Virus record (IMG/VR): IMGVR_UViG_3300043105_000059
Reading direction: 5' to 3' (one strand)
Length of the DNA stretch: 64,000 nt
Source of the DNA: an uncultured virus (IMG/VR IMGVR_UViG_3300043105_000059)
Lineage: Duplodnaviria; Heunggongvirae; Uroviricota; Caudoviricetes
The notes under the pieces were generated by a model. That model was not told the origin of the DNA, ran no database searches, and was given only the letters and a program-made list of their open reading frames with translations. How positions within the stretch are numbered: position 1 is the first letter of the stretch; every line of letters begins with the position of its first letter. Positions 27,701-40,500 of the stretch are shown here, piece after piece. The position numbers were made by a program, and so were the translations under genes.

Positions 27701-30700
27701 AATATGATTTAAATTATCCCACTACTTAGCTATTACTTAAAGGGGTTATTAATGAAATTAAATTAGAGGATGATACGACTTTAGAAAGACAAAAGATTAT
27801 AGACAAAATAATCAAAAGTCGTAATGATGATTTATAGGATCGAGCCATTGAAGCTGCTAAAAATCTAATTAAAGAATTACAATTAAGAGCGCAACTTAAA
27901 GGTGATTCAATTGATATTGTGGAAAATTCATTCTATAATATTGATAAAGGTCACTTTGTTCCTAATTATGGTTTAGTTGATCAACTATACCGTTGGGGTA
28001 AAATTGATTAGGTTGCGGCAGAAAGTATGTTACCTACTGGATTACTGGCAACTTCACATAGTTATGGTGCAGAAGCTGGTAAAGAGCATTTGAAATTCTT
28101 TAAAGCTAAATCATTCCAAGTTGTATCTGATATACTTCAAGAAAATGGATATATCAACTTATTTGCACCTGATGGCAAAAGAATTCCTGGAGCATTACGT
28201 AAGTTAGGAAACAAGGAAATTGCGGGGACATTAGATGCGAAAAACGGTTTAGGAAAATGGTCACAAGGTGGAAAACTAGCTTTAGCAGCTATTCGTTATA
28301 GAGAACTTTATGAAGGTGGTATTAAAGAGAAAGCACAACAAATTACAGACCTTAATCAATTAAGTGATATAGGACTTGTTTAGCAAGCTTTTAAATTTAT
28401 TAAGTATCTTAATTCTTATAAGTACGGTGTTGTAACGGGACTTACGATAGACGAAGCGGCAAAAAGTATTAGTGATAACTATTCTACTATGCGGGAATGC
28501 TATAGTTTAGATGATTATTTACGTAATCCTAAATTTAGTTTACTGACTTTAGAGAATGCTATTAATGACTACTTTAAATGGTAGGATATTGAACGTGGTA
28601 TAGCTAATTACAATTCTGATAATGGGAATGTAGATATGTATGCTGAGGTTCGCAAAAATGTTTTCGAGAACGATAAAATAGAAATCGAGAAACAGTACAA
28701 TAAGCGAATTGAGGATAGCAATACTAAATATGATAGTAATATTGCCAGCATAGATGAACAAATGGGGCTTATTACTAGTGTTGAAGAGTCTGAACGATCC
28801 GATGCTGAAAAAGAACGTCTTGTCGATTTAATTGCGGAAAAAGAGCAGTTAAAAGAAGCTAAAGCCGAAGCCGAAAAGAAATTAAAAGAATCACTTAAAG
28901 AAACAATTACTAAAGTAACTGACCGTTATAACAAAGTATTAGAGCAAGTTCCTGCTTACATAAAAGCTGTTTAGGCAAATCCTAATTTTGCCCATACCGC
29001 TGAAATAGTAATTAATCCTGATTTGGAAAAGTATAATGCTTTTAGTTTTCTGTATGGTCAAGAATATACTATAGCTACAGTAGGAACGCACTTAAACCAT
29101 CCTGGTATGAAAAATAAGGATGATTTAAAAGCTTTTGAAAGTCTTTCTTGGGCACAGCAAGTAAAACGTAATGTATCTTTAACCGCTGCTAAACATTTAT
29201 ATTCTTTAAACTCTTTAAATGGTTTTGGAACTTATTGTAAAATTGCACAGATAGTTTCTGAATCTGATGCAGTTTATAATCTTACAGGAGCATAGGATGA
29301 AATGCTTAATGATGATGGTGCTAACTACACTAATGGTGTTACTCACCGTCTTGAAAATTATTCATTAGGTAGTGACGCTGTAGGAGTTGATAAAAAGAAC
29401 TTTTTCCACATGGAAGATGGTGCTTCTGGTACTGGATTTATTGGCAAGAATGCAACTTTCGTAGGTACGAATTTACGTATCAGAAACTCTAAGGCCTATA
29501 GATTATAGAATTTCCAAATGCTTCGAGGAGCTGTAGGTTACTTAAATCCTTACTTAACTAATGGTGGTTTAAATATTACAGAAAGCTTTGAAACTTATTA
29601 CGATAGTAATACTAGAAAGTGGGAGTTCTCTAAAATGAACTACGAGGACTTTGATTATAAAATTCCCACGTCTTATAAGCCACATATTTAGTATGAAGTT
29701 TAGCTTGAGGATGGTTCTTGGACTGCAGCTAATGGGCTATTACAAGGTTATAATGTTCGTGTAATAGGAGATTCTATTAAATTTAAGGATGGTTATACAA
29801 CTTTTAAATTCTCTAATGTATCTTAGATTGATTCTACTGGAGAGGTTAAATCATTGCCTAATGCGGCAAGCTTTAATTTTAGAGTTAAATTGGATAATGT
29901 ACACGATATTTGGGAATTTTTTGGTGGTGCTTATTCTGGAAAAGCTAAAGAACAGGTTATAAATGGAGATTTGATATTAACAATGGATGAAAATAGTTAT
30001 GATGAATCTTCATTTGATTTAACTACATGGGTTGTAAATAATGTAGGAAAACGAAGAGAAGGTGTTGGTATGGATGTTAAAGTAGAATCACAAACGCAAG
30101 TAGACCAATACTTAAAAGATTCTATGATACATTATTTATCTTCCATTGAAACTATTAAATAGGGTTAGAATAAAATCAATAAGCGTTCTGATATACGAAA
30201 TGAAAACTATATTCCATTATTTATGGAAATGGATATGCACGATGCAGGAGTGCAATTAAATGCAGAACACCATTCCGATGATTCAGTTCTTTCCATGATG
30301 ACTTAGGTTTTAAATGCCTTAGGAGCTAGAGGTTATACTTCTTAGGAAGCAGATAAAACTTATCAAGCTTTGCAAGGTCTTACTAATGCTGCATTGTAGG
30401 AATACATTGATTATTCAAGAGCTGGTGATTCGCCACAAAAACGTCAACACTTAGAGAATTTCATAGCACATATAATTGGTGATACTATTCAAGCTAATAG
30501 TACTTTAGATGAAGGTACTTTAGCTGGTGCTTTAATGCACCAAGCATAGAAGTTATTAAGTCGTAATAAGAACTTTAAATTTGAAGAAGTTCGTTAGTAC
30601 TTACCTATTGATGATCCAGCCTTACTTAGAAATATGATTTCTAAATTAGCTTCTGGGTTAACAAAAAGATGTATTCGTGTTAAATTCCCAGGGTCTATGG

Positions 30701-33700
30701 ATGTCATGTCCCCGTCAAACTCTATCTATAGATTATATGACGGTAAAATGTTATCCGAGTATAATGGAGATTTAACAGCTTTAACAGAAGCTGATAAAAA
30801 GGCTCCTATATTAAAACCCCATGAAATAAAAATAGACAGAGTATATCATATAGAAGGTTGTCCCGGAGCTGATAGTAGAGGTTATATAAAAATTAATTAC
30901 CCTACCGATTACTGGCAAGTTCGTCGTTTCCTAGCAACTGCGGAAGGGCAAAAAGTAGAAGTCAGAGAAGTTCTTTCAGAAGGAAGAGAGCTTGCTTCGT
31001 TTGGTATAACTTTTGAAGCTATTGACGAAAATGGTCATAGGAATACTTATAATATGTGGGATTTAGCTACAGCTCGAGATATGTTTATTAAAGACAAGCT
31101 CGAATTGGAGAATGGAAATTCCGATTATAAGTAGAATCATGCACAAAGAATGCAAGATTTGCAAAATGCTTTATTTGCTTTAAGTGATAATCCAAATGTT
31201 AAAACCACTTAGGTTATTGATTATGATGCTAATGGTAATGTAATCTATAAAACAGTACGTATTGCAAAGGAAACTGTTAAGAAACAACCTTATGAAATTA
31301 TTATGTCTCAGCTTTATAAAACTACTTTTGGTTTAAGGGCTGGGGATTCTATAGGAAATATTATTAATGATAAGTTATTCTTCTTTAAGAGAGCTGTTGA
31401 GAATTGGGAGAATGATAAGAACAGACTTCCAGAAGAAGCTTATGATGTGCAACTAAAACAAATTAGTGGTAAGCACATTAATTTACTATATGATACAGAG
31501 TCTAATAATCCTGATGGTTTTGAGGAGTTACAATTTGATCCTTATATTGATTAGCAAGGTACTATATGGCTTACTAACAATAAAGGTGATAAAATAATGA
31601 AATTGTCTTCTAAAGATGATGTAGTTCTAAGTAATGGTTCTGGTGATATTATTATTAAAACCAAAGATTTAAAATGGTATTGTGATAATAGTAAATATGT
31701 AGACTTAACTATATCTTCTGGGCGTGATGAAAATACTCTACAAGAAATACTTGGTATATTAAGAGAATCTGATAGTAAGCAATTAAAGAGCCTGTTTAAC
31801 CGTCTTGATACTTTATGGGAGTCAAGAGATAGGAAAGAAGCTTTTGAAGACAAAACTCCAGAAGAGCAAGCAGAAGAAAGGGCTAAATTTGACCATAAGT
31901 TTATATCTGTAGGACGTTATAATTTTGAAAGCACTAAAAAAGCTTTACATAACTTTTTAAATAATCGTTATATAGATGATGAAATAAAGTATGAATTATT
32001 GGATTATGCTCTTAATAGTGATAAGGATACTTTTAATGAGGATAAGTTACGTGAAGATGTTGAATCTTACGGATTACGTGACAGTATTGCAGACCAACTT
32101 ATTAAAATGCGTAAAGGTCATATAGGTTCTATCTTTAGAAATTCTAAATATATAGGAACATCTTTCCAAAAATCTTTGGAAGTACTTGCAGCTCGTATTC
32201 CCGCACAATGTATGCAATCCTTTATGTCTATGAAGGTTGCTGGATTTGATACTAGTGGTTTGAATACAGCTTATGTAAGCCGTTTCTAGACTTGGTTACA
32301 AGGTTCTGACTACGATATAGACAAGGTTTCATTGCTTGGATTTAAATTTAGAAATGGGCACTTCATTACGTGGTCAAATTTCATGGATTTAACTTCTACA
32401 GCAACTCTTAAAGCTTCTGAAGAACTTTCTTATCCTACTAACCTAGCTGCAGAGGTTCTTGAAAATGATGCTATTAATAAAACAAGCCTAAATGAGGATG
32501 CTCTTGAAAATGTTAGACTTGATACTAGTATTGATAAAGAAAACCGAGAAGGGGTTAGAACTTTATATGTTCAAGTAGGAGCAGAAGAAGTACCTTTATT
32601 AGAAGTACGTGATGCCTTTAAATAGAATAAAATTAAAGAGTTTACTGATACTTATAATGATATTAAATCTGAATATGACGATATAAGTATAGAGAAGGGT
32701 GATGCAGAAGCAAAAACTTACTTAAAAAGTAAATATAAAGAAGTACTTGGTTAGGAAGCAGGTCGAAAATAGGTTAAAACTCTACTTAAAGAGTTAGAAG
32801 ACCATTATAAGTTCGTAGGGCAAAAGGAATAGGTAAAAGAAAATAAAAAAGCTGGAATTTTCACAATAAATCCTATAGCAGATGCTGAAACTCTTGCTAA
32901 TTACGAAACTCAAATTCAAAGAGTTGTTTATGGAGTTATCCCAACTGGTGGTGTAGTATCTATAAATGGTGCTGATAGTACAGTTATTAATGATATGTTA
33001 GTAAAGTATGGCTTTTCTCTTAACCAAAACGTACTAACATAGACTGGTGAGAATGTTTCTGTAGCTAAAGACTTCTATGATTATATTACACGTGAGGATT
33101 AGATTGCAGGAATTCCTGTCAGTGAGAATTTGGATTCTAGAATTATTATTAAAAATGAATCTGGTTACACCCTTAACTACTATCCTGGAGAATTTGCGGA
33201 TGAGAAAGTACAAGTTGCTAAAATTAAAGCCCTTGCTAAATTTATTGATGCTGTAAATAAATTTGGTGGTATTCCTAAACTATCTATTACGGAAGATTTA
33301 GACGAAGAAACTAAAGAAGCTTATGAGGAACATAATAATGCTTTATAGCAATTGATGGATGAAATCAATGAGCATAACTTGTATTTAAAAGATGGCAAAG
33401 ACTATAGTCAAGATGCTCTTTTAAACTTCGTATCTTCTAATATGTATAATGTGGGCACAAACCCTAGTAACCTTATCTAGGGTACACAATCCGTAGATGC
33501 TAAAGATGGTTCTGTAAATAGAATTAAAAAATTAGCTAACGAGGGCGACTACAAAACTAAGCTTAAACGCTATGATCCAGGTTCTATTACTAGCTTATGG
33601 AATATGGAAGCTTTAACTATTGGTGGTAAAAAGAATACTGGTATTGTTGCTGCCAATCTAAAAGTATTTGAAGGATTAACTCAATATACTAACATGCTTC

Positions 33701-36510
33701 TTAATGAGGGTACTCATGAAGAGTTACAAGACTTGCTTGCACATCGTAATATTGCTGGAAAGGATATTCATTTACTTGCAAATGTTTACCAGCAGAATAA
33801 ACATAATTTCACTACTCGTGAAATTTAGGAAGCTCTTGATGCTGTTGACCAAACTCTCGATGCTTACTTGGAATATTCTGGATTCTTGTCATTGTCTACC
33901 GACAATGCTAAAGACCCTACACTTGCCAAAATTAACGCTGGTGAGAAATTATTAGGTTTATACTTATGTGGTGTAGCAGTAGGTATTGATGTTCCCAGCT
34001 TAGTTAAAATATTAACATCTAAAGCAGCCGCAGAATCTGTAAAATTATTAACTAGTAATATGTTTAATAATGCACAAGGATTCTTTGATGTTAATGCTTT
34101 AGATCGGTATCTAGCATCTGGCCCAATTTAGGTGGTAGATGAGTTTAATGTTAGTATGCTTAACTAGCCAGTTCTTAAAGCATGGATAATAAGTGTTTGG
34201 AATAGAGAACACAAAAAGGCAGATTCCCAATTAAGTGCTAGTAGTAAAATAGGTAGAAAACACCTTTCTCATGCCATACAAAAGGATGGATGGCAAAAGT
34301 TTAATGACGCTTTAGTAGATTCTCTTAAAAATATTACAAAGGAAGTACATAAAGGTGATGATGCTTTAGAGGTAGCTGAATAGTTAGAAAATGGTAATCA
34401 AAATAATGATTCATCAGAAGTAAAGGAAGAGAGTGCAACTACTGAAAAAGCAAAAGAGAATCTTTGGGCTGTTTACAATCTTCTGAAAAAGGTTCAAACT
34501 TAGGTAAGAGATTTTGCTAAATCCTAGGAAACTATTAAAGATTGTTGGGTATAGTTACCTAATGGTAGATGGGTTCAAGCTTGGAGTCAAATTAGACGTT
34601 TAAATTAGGTAGCAAATGAATTTAAAAGATTCTCTCAAGTAGCTAAATTAAATTAGCAACTTCCTAATGCTATGGATGAGCAACTTGCTTGGATTCGTAA
34701 ATTTGAAAAAGGTATTGCATCACGAATTTCTGAAATAAGTAAGTAGGAGTTGGACAATCACCCCGAAATGTAGCAAGCTATAGACGAATTAGAATAGCTA
34801 AATAAAGAGTTATATGCTTAGATGATGCAATAGGGAATACTTTCAGGAGAATAGTTTGACCGTTTGAAATATTCCGTAAGTTTGAGTAAATTTGTAAATG
34901 ATGCAGAATACCAAAAAAAGATATGTAGTATCTATGGTAAGTTAAAGTATGTTGTAAATGTTTATGATGCAATGGCTAAACTTCCACATTACTTAGGATA
35001 TGCTAGAACTCTTGCAGCACTTAGTGAAACTATGGGAGAAACATCTAAAATATACCAAACTGTAAATTACATTTCTCAAAATGTTATAAAGAGTCTTGGT
35101 GATGAATAGCATCGTAAGAAAGAACTTACTCGTTTAATAGACTGGGTTAATGATTGTCTTACTAATGATTTCTTGTTAAATCGAGGAACTAATCTTACAA
35201 TTAAGTCTGGATCTAAGTATTATGAAAAAAGTTATGGTCTTACTACTGGTATAGACCCTACTTTAAAAACAGTTGGTGAGGGTGCTACTTCCACCATACA
35301 ATTAGGAACTTTGGAAGGCAATATGTCATTTAAATATATAATGGAAAATGAAGTATTGCCGGATTTAAAAGAGAAGTATCCTGCATTTGATTTAATAAGA
35401 GACTTAAATCAAATTAAGTTTGATAAAACTAATGATAGAAATACATTAGTAAAAATGGCAACTAAGTCTACTATGCTTCCTAGATCTGAACAAGAAATAC
35501 AAACTTTAGCTAAGTACAAGGAAGATCTCATAACTTTATCTAATATTAGGTTATCTCAATTTAACGGAGAAATTAATTTAGTAGATGCTTTATTTGCTTA
35601 CAATTTAATTGTAAATAAAGGTAAGGTATCTGGAAATTCTCTTACTAATTTGTTTGAGGATTATGCAATGAGTTAGGGTAAGTAGTAGACTGATGGGTAG
35701 CCTTCTGCTTTTATAGAAGATTATTATAATTCAAGACGAGTTCCAAACGAAAGCTTACTTGAAGAATTAGCATTTTCTGATAACTAGGTACAGAACTTCT
35801 TAATGGCTACAGCATAGTATGATCCTACTTATAAATCTAAAGCAGAGTATATCTACATACGAAATCCTTTTACTAGATAGTATGTACTAGCTCAGAAAAT
35901 AAACAAAGAGGAGATTAGAGCGCAATACACTGATGAGGATTTAGGTGTAGAAGATTACGGAATTGATGATGTTGCCGAAGATTATATTAATGAGGATTAT
36001 TCTGATTATGATGACGATGATTACGAAGGTTCAGACTCATCAAATTATAAGAATCAGCGTGCTTGGGAGGCAGGAGTTGAAGTATAGGGTTATAAAATAC
36101 TTGGAGTTTCTTCTACTGTGGACGCTTTTAATAATTTTGCAACAGCAATTTATGGAAAGTAGGAAGTCGAAAAAGTCTTTGATAATATAGAAATTAGTGA
36201 GGATGGTAAATAGATAAAATCTATTACTTATAAGTCTGGTGATGATCCAGACGCTCGCACTCTTACGTATGATGATTTATTTGAAGGTACTTCGGATATA
36301 AGATCTGAAAGACGTAAAGCCTTAGAAAAGGAATTAGGAATCAAAGCAAAAGATACTCCAGAATCTAAGCTAGAAAAAGTACTTATTAATTTTGGTTTAG
36401 TAACTAAAGATGCTGATGGTAACATACAACTAGTTTAGAATACTAATGCAAACCCTACAGTAACTTTAGGAGATGTTATAAAAATGATTAAAACAGGTAA
36501 ACCATGCTAA
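24745..36510 (+). CDS. Virion-packaged DNA-dependent RNA polymerase (crAss-type two-barrel single-chain RNAP), about 3921 aa (TAG=Gln)
   Basis: One frame joined by TAGs. RIPAQCMQS is followed by the catalytic GSDYDIDK (DYDID at 32308-32322, a variant of the crAss-type DFDID loop), and STDNAKDP occurs near 33895. Confidence 0.9.
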
Positions 36511-36511
36511 T

Positions 36512-37597
36512 ATGGCAGGATGTATGAATAAAAATGATAGAGGATACCAGTCGTTAAGTAGAATGGCTGGTATCCCTTCTATGGTATTAGACGTTTATTG
36601 TCAAAAGTATTTAGATTCATTTAATAGATTACCTAACTTAGATGAATTACCCCTTGTGGATTCATCTAAGCATTTAAATGAATCTTTAAAAACAAAATAG
36701 ATTGGAGATTCAAGTTTTGCTAGTAATGAAGCTATACAAAAAACTACAGGAGCACAGTCCTTAGGAGAAGCGCAAGTAAAGCTTAATAATACGTATAGAG
36801 ATTTACAAGTAAACTTAGTGGAAGTTACAGATAAATCATCTTTACTTGAAGTATAGCATAGACCTAGTGTATTTAAAGAACTTAATCAAGAATATACAGG
36901 GGAAAATTTTGATGTTCAATCTGATACTGACAAACGTGTAGTTCTGCGAAATATGCTTGGTAAACTAAAAGATTTTTATGGCATTAAAATTAATGAAGTT
37001 ACGTCTAAACAATTATGTGAAGGTGACTTTGCTAATATAATACCAGATGCTAAAACCGCTAAAGCCTTTATTTATAATAACGAAATATATATAAATACGG
37101 ATATTGCAGATATAGATGCACCTATACATGAATTAATGCACATATTTTTAGGTGGTATGCGCTATACTAATCCGACTATATATTTTAATTTAGTGTCTAA
37201 AGCATAGCAGTTTAAGAATTTACAAAGTCTAAGTAAGGTATATCAAGATAGAACTCAATCTGATTTTTTAGAAGAAGCTTTTGTTTCAGAGTTTTCTAAG
37301 CTTTGCGCTGGTATGCACAGTGAATTTGATTCTTGGTCTGCTGAGGATCTTAACCCGTTATTATATGAAGTCCGTAGAAATATGGACTCAGCTTTAATGG
37401 GTAATAAAAGTGTTAATAGTATTGATCCTAATGAACTTTTTAAAGCAAGTTTCTTAGATATTGCTATGCGCACAAAATCTCCTGAATTAAATAGAAGCGA
37501 TTTTAGTATTCTAAATCTCGCTGAATTACATAGACAGAATGCGAATATTAAATCTAAGATGCTAAAAGATGGTGACTTAGTTGAAAAATGTGATTAA
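36512..37597 (+). CDS. Zincin-like metallopeptidase domain virion protein, 361 aa (TAG=Gln)
   Basis: KAFIYNNEIYIN...PIHELMHIF (HExxH at 37127-37141) and a downstream EEAFV candidate third ligand. Confidence 0.8.
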
Positions 37598-37599
37598 GT

Positions 37600-40500
37600 A
37601 TGGCTTGTAAATTTATATATAAAGGCAATAGAGTTTTTAATTCTGAAATTGCACTTGATGAGTTTCTTATTAATAGTAAGAAGTATTAGGAAGGTTCTGA
37701 TATTGTATTTGAGTTAAGTACAATTTAGAAACAGCGGGGTGCTAGAATTAAACAACGTGGTAAGGCAGCTGATAAGTTAATTACTCATAATCCTGTAATA
37801 TTTGATACAGATTTATTCGAGGATTATGAAATGAATGAGTTCGGTTCTGATAACTATGGCGTTACATTCGCTCTTAAATAGTATGTAGATGCGGAAGGTC
37901 ACCCACTTTTTCCTATATTTAATCTGGAAAACTACTGGCAACATAAAATGCCAGACTGGTAGAAACAAGAATATTGGACTAAAGGTTATTAGGATGATAC
38001 AGGTGAAGTACATAAATGTGATAAGTACGAGTATCAAGCTGTTTGGGGAGATAAAGATCCTAATGATATTACAGCAGCTCCTACTAATGACTAGTTGGAA
38101 GTTGGTAAAAAAGTAATGGAGAGAGTTTGGCCTATGCAAGGTTTTATGGGTACTGGTGTACATAGAATGATTGCAGCTTATTGGAAATGCTAGACAGCTC
38201 ATAAAGGTAGGGCTAGTGCTACACAAGTTAAAGCAGAAATGACCAAAGCTCTAGATTTTCAATTAATAGGAAGTGGTAATAACAATCCTTTATTATCAGA
38301 ATTTAAAGGCATTAAATACTCAGATTTTCTTTCTGATAAAGTAGATGATACTTACTCAAAATGTAGAGCTATTCACGATGAACTTAATTCAAAGTTTTTA
38401 ACAGATGAGTAGCGTAAATCTGGTATGGAATTGTATTTCTTACCTGAAACCGCCATTACTACAGAAGTTGATGACTTTGAACATCCCGATAAGAAGAGAA
38501 ACTTATTGGGTAATGTAGACTTATTTGTAATTGATCCGTCTGGTAACATTCACATTATTGACTACAAAACTTCACCTAAAGAATATAATGAGTACAACTC
38601 AGCTAAAATTAGAACATTCTACTATTAGTTAGCTACCTATAGACGTTTGACAGAGCGTATGGGTTTTGCATTAGACCATAATTCTAATGTGTATGTAATA
38701 CCTATTAAGTTTGAAAACTTCTAGATTGATCCAGAACAAACTGATGTTACAAAGCTTTGTAAATTTGATAATCTTAAATTACGTGAGGGAAGTTCTGGTA
38801 TTTTAGAGCGTTTGGAAGTTAAGGCAAGTCTTAGTTCTACAGGTGTAAACTCCGATACTATTAATAGTAACTTGGATAAAATCATTCCTATTAAGAATAC
38901 TAAAATCATGGCTGATGGTGATATTCTGGATGATGTTAAAACTTAGATGAAAGCCTGGTTTCCAAGTTTCGGTAAGTACAATGAAATTACTAAAGAGTAT
39001 GTTGTCAAGATGCTTAAACGTAAAGGTCGTGATAAGATAAATCCGAACAGTTTGAAATATACTTATAAGGTTGGTAAGAAAACTGTAATTACTGATAGCT
39101 TTGAAGCTCTTGTAGATGGGGTATACTAGGAATATTAGAAGATGGAAGAACACGTTATGGATAGAACTTAGGGTGTTAAAACCATCTTACAAGAAGCTAT
39201 AAATAATAAGGAAAATGTAGTCATTGATACAGGATATGCTCATAGCTCTCGTAAATTTGCAAGAGAAAGTTATCTAGAAAATTTGTTAAACCCTTATACT
39301 ACTGGAGAATATGAAATCCTTGATGATTATAATGAAGCCACAGAACGTCTTGGAATAATATTACTTAAAAATATACATACCAATAAAATTGATGTATTAG
39401 TAGTAGATACTAGTAAACATGCTTTTGATGATGAAATAGCACTAGGTGGTACTGAGAATAGTCCAGGACGTAATAAGACTTTAACAGGAACTTTTATTTC
39501 TGATGTTACTGCAAGAAATAAACCTAATGAGCTAGTACTTGATAGTACTTATGGTAATATTAGAATGATGGAAGTTATGTAGGCTTTAAATAATATGTCT
39601 GCTTTATTTAATAGTGATTCCGCAGGAATGGAATCTACATTAGGAGAGATTAAAATGTTTAATCAATTTCATAATGATGGTTGGACAGCTTCTAATGAAC
39701 AACTTCTTTACAACTTTAAAGAATTACATAAGGCTAATAAAACAGAAGACTAGATTCATTTAGGTAAGGATATAAAAATGTGTAGTTAGCTCGATCTTAT
39801 TAAGCATAGGTGTAATGAGATTATGGCAAATCCAGAACATGATAGAAAATGGAATGGTATTCAAACTGCTATAGATAATACACAAAACTTTACAGTTAAT
39901 CCTATTATACTTAAATCTCAGCTAATCGGATTAGCACATGACATTGAAGAGAAATTTAAGTTAAAGAATGATACTAATGCTAGAAACTTGGAAGGTGATA
40001 AAGCAGAAGCATATAGTTTCTTAGCAAACTTATATTCTGCTATTGCAGAAATTGATGGTATTCATTTTAAATAGCAAATTAAAGACCATTCTGCTTTCTT
40101 AAATTAGTCTGGTGTAAAAAGAATTTTCAAAGAGGGTTGGTCTGGAAATAGTCTTGATAATCCAGGAATGCTTGATTCTGACACCCTTAATAAGATGGGT
40201 CAACGTCTTAATGAAGCCTACTAGCTGACTCGTGACGAGATCCAAAATATTTCAAAGAAGATTTATACATTGAGTAAAAAATTGAAGGAGGAAAACAACT
40301 TCGGATATTTGAAATCTCGAACTATCGGAAATGAAGCATCTATTTACAAAAATTTATATGATGATACTTATGAAGATGATTTAGTATTTAAAAACCCATT
40401 TGATTCTCACGGAGTAACATTGTCTGAAACTGAAAAGGAGTTTTTAAAGCAATCATTGCTTTTAATCAATCATAATCGTTATGGAGATGTAAATACTATG

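Noticed and set aside
38149..38640. Cas4 or CRISPR association of the PD-(D/E)xK domain
   Set aside because: No Fe-S cysteine cluster, repeat-spacer array or other cas gene was seen in the window.
1719..39153. Minus-strand and off-frame ORFs within the + arm (e.g. 4750-5070, 19166-19381, 31551-31853, 37813-38226, 38803-39153)
   Set aside because: They are shadows of the long recoded genes, with no recognisable motifs or operon context.
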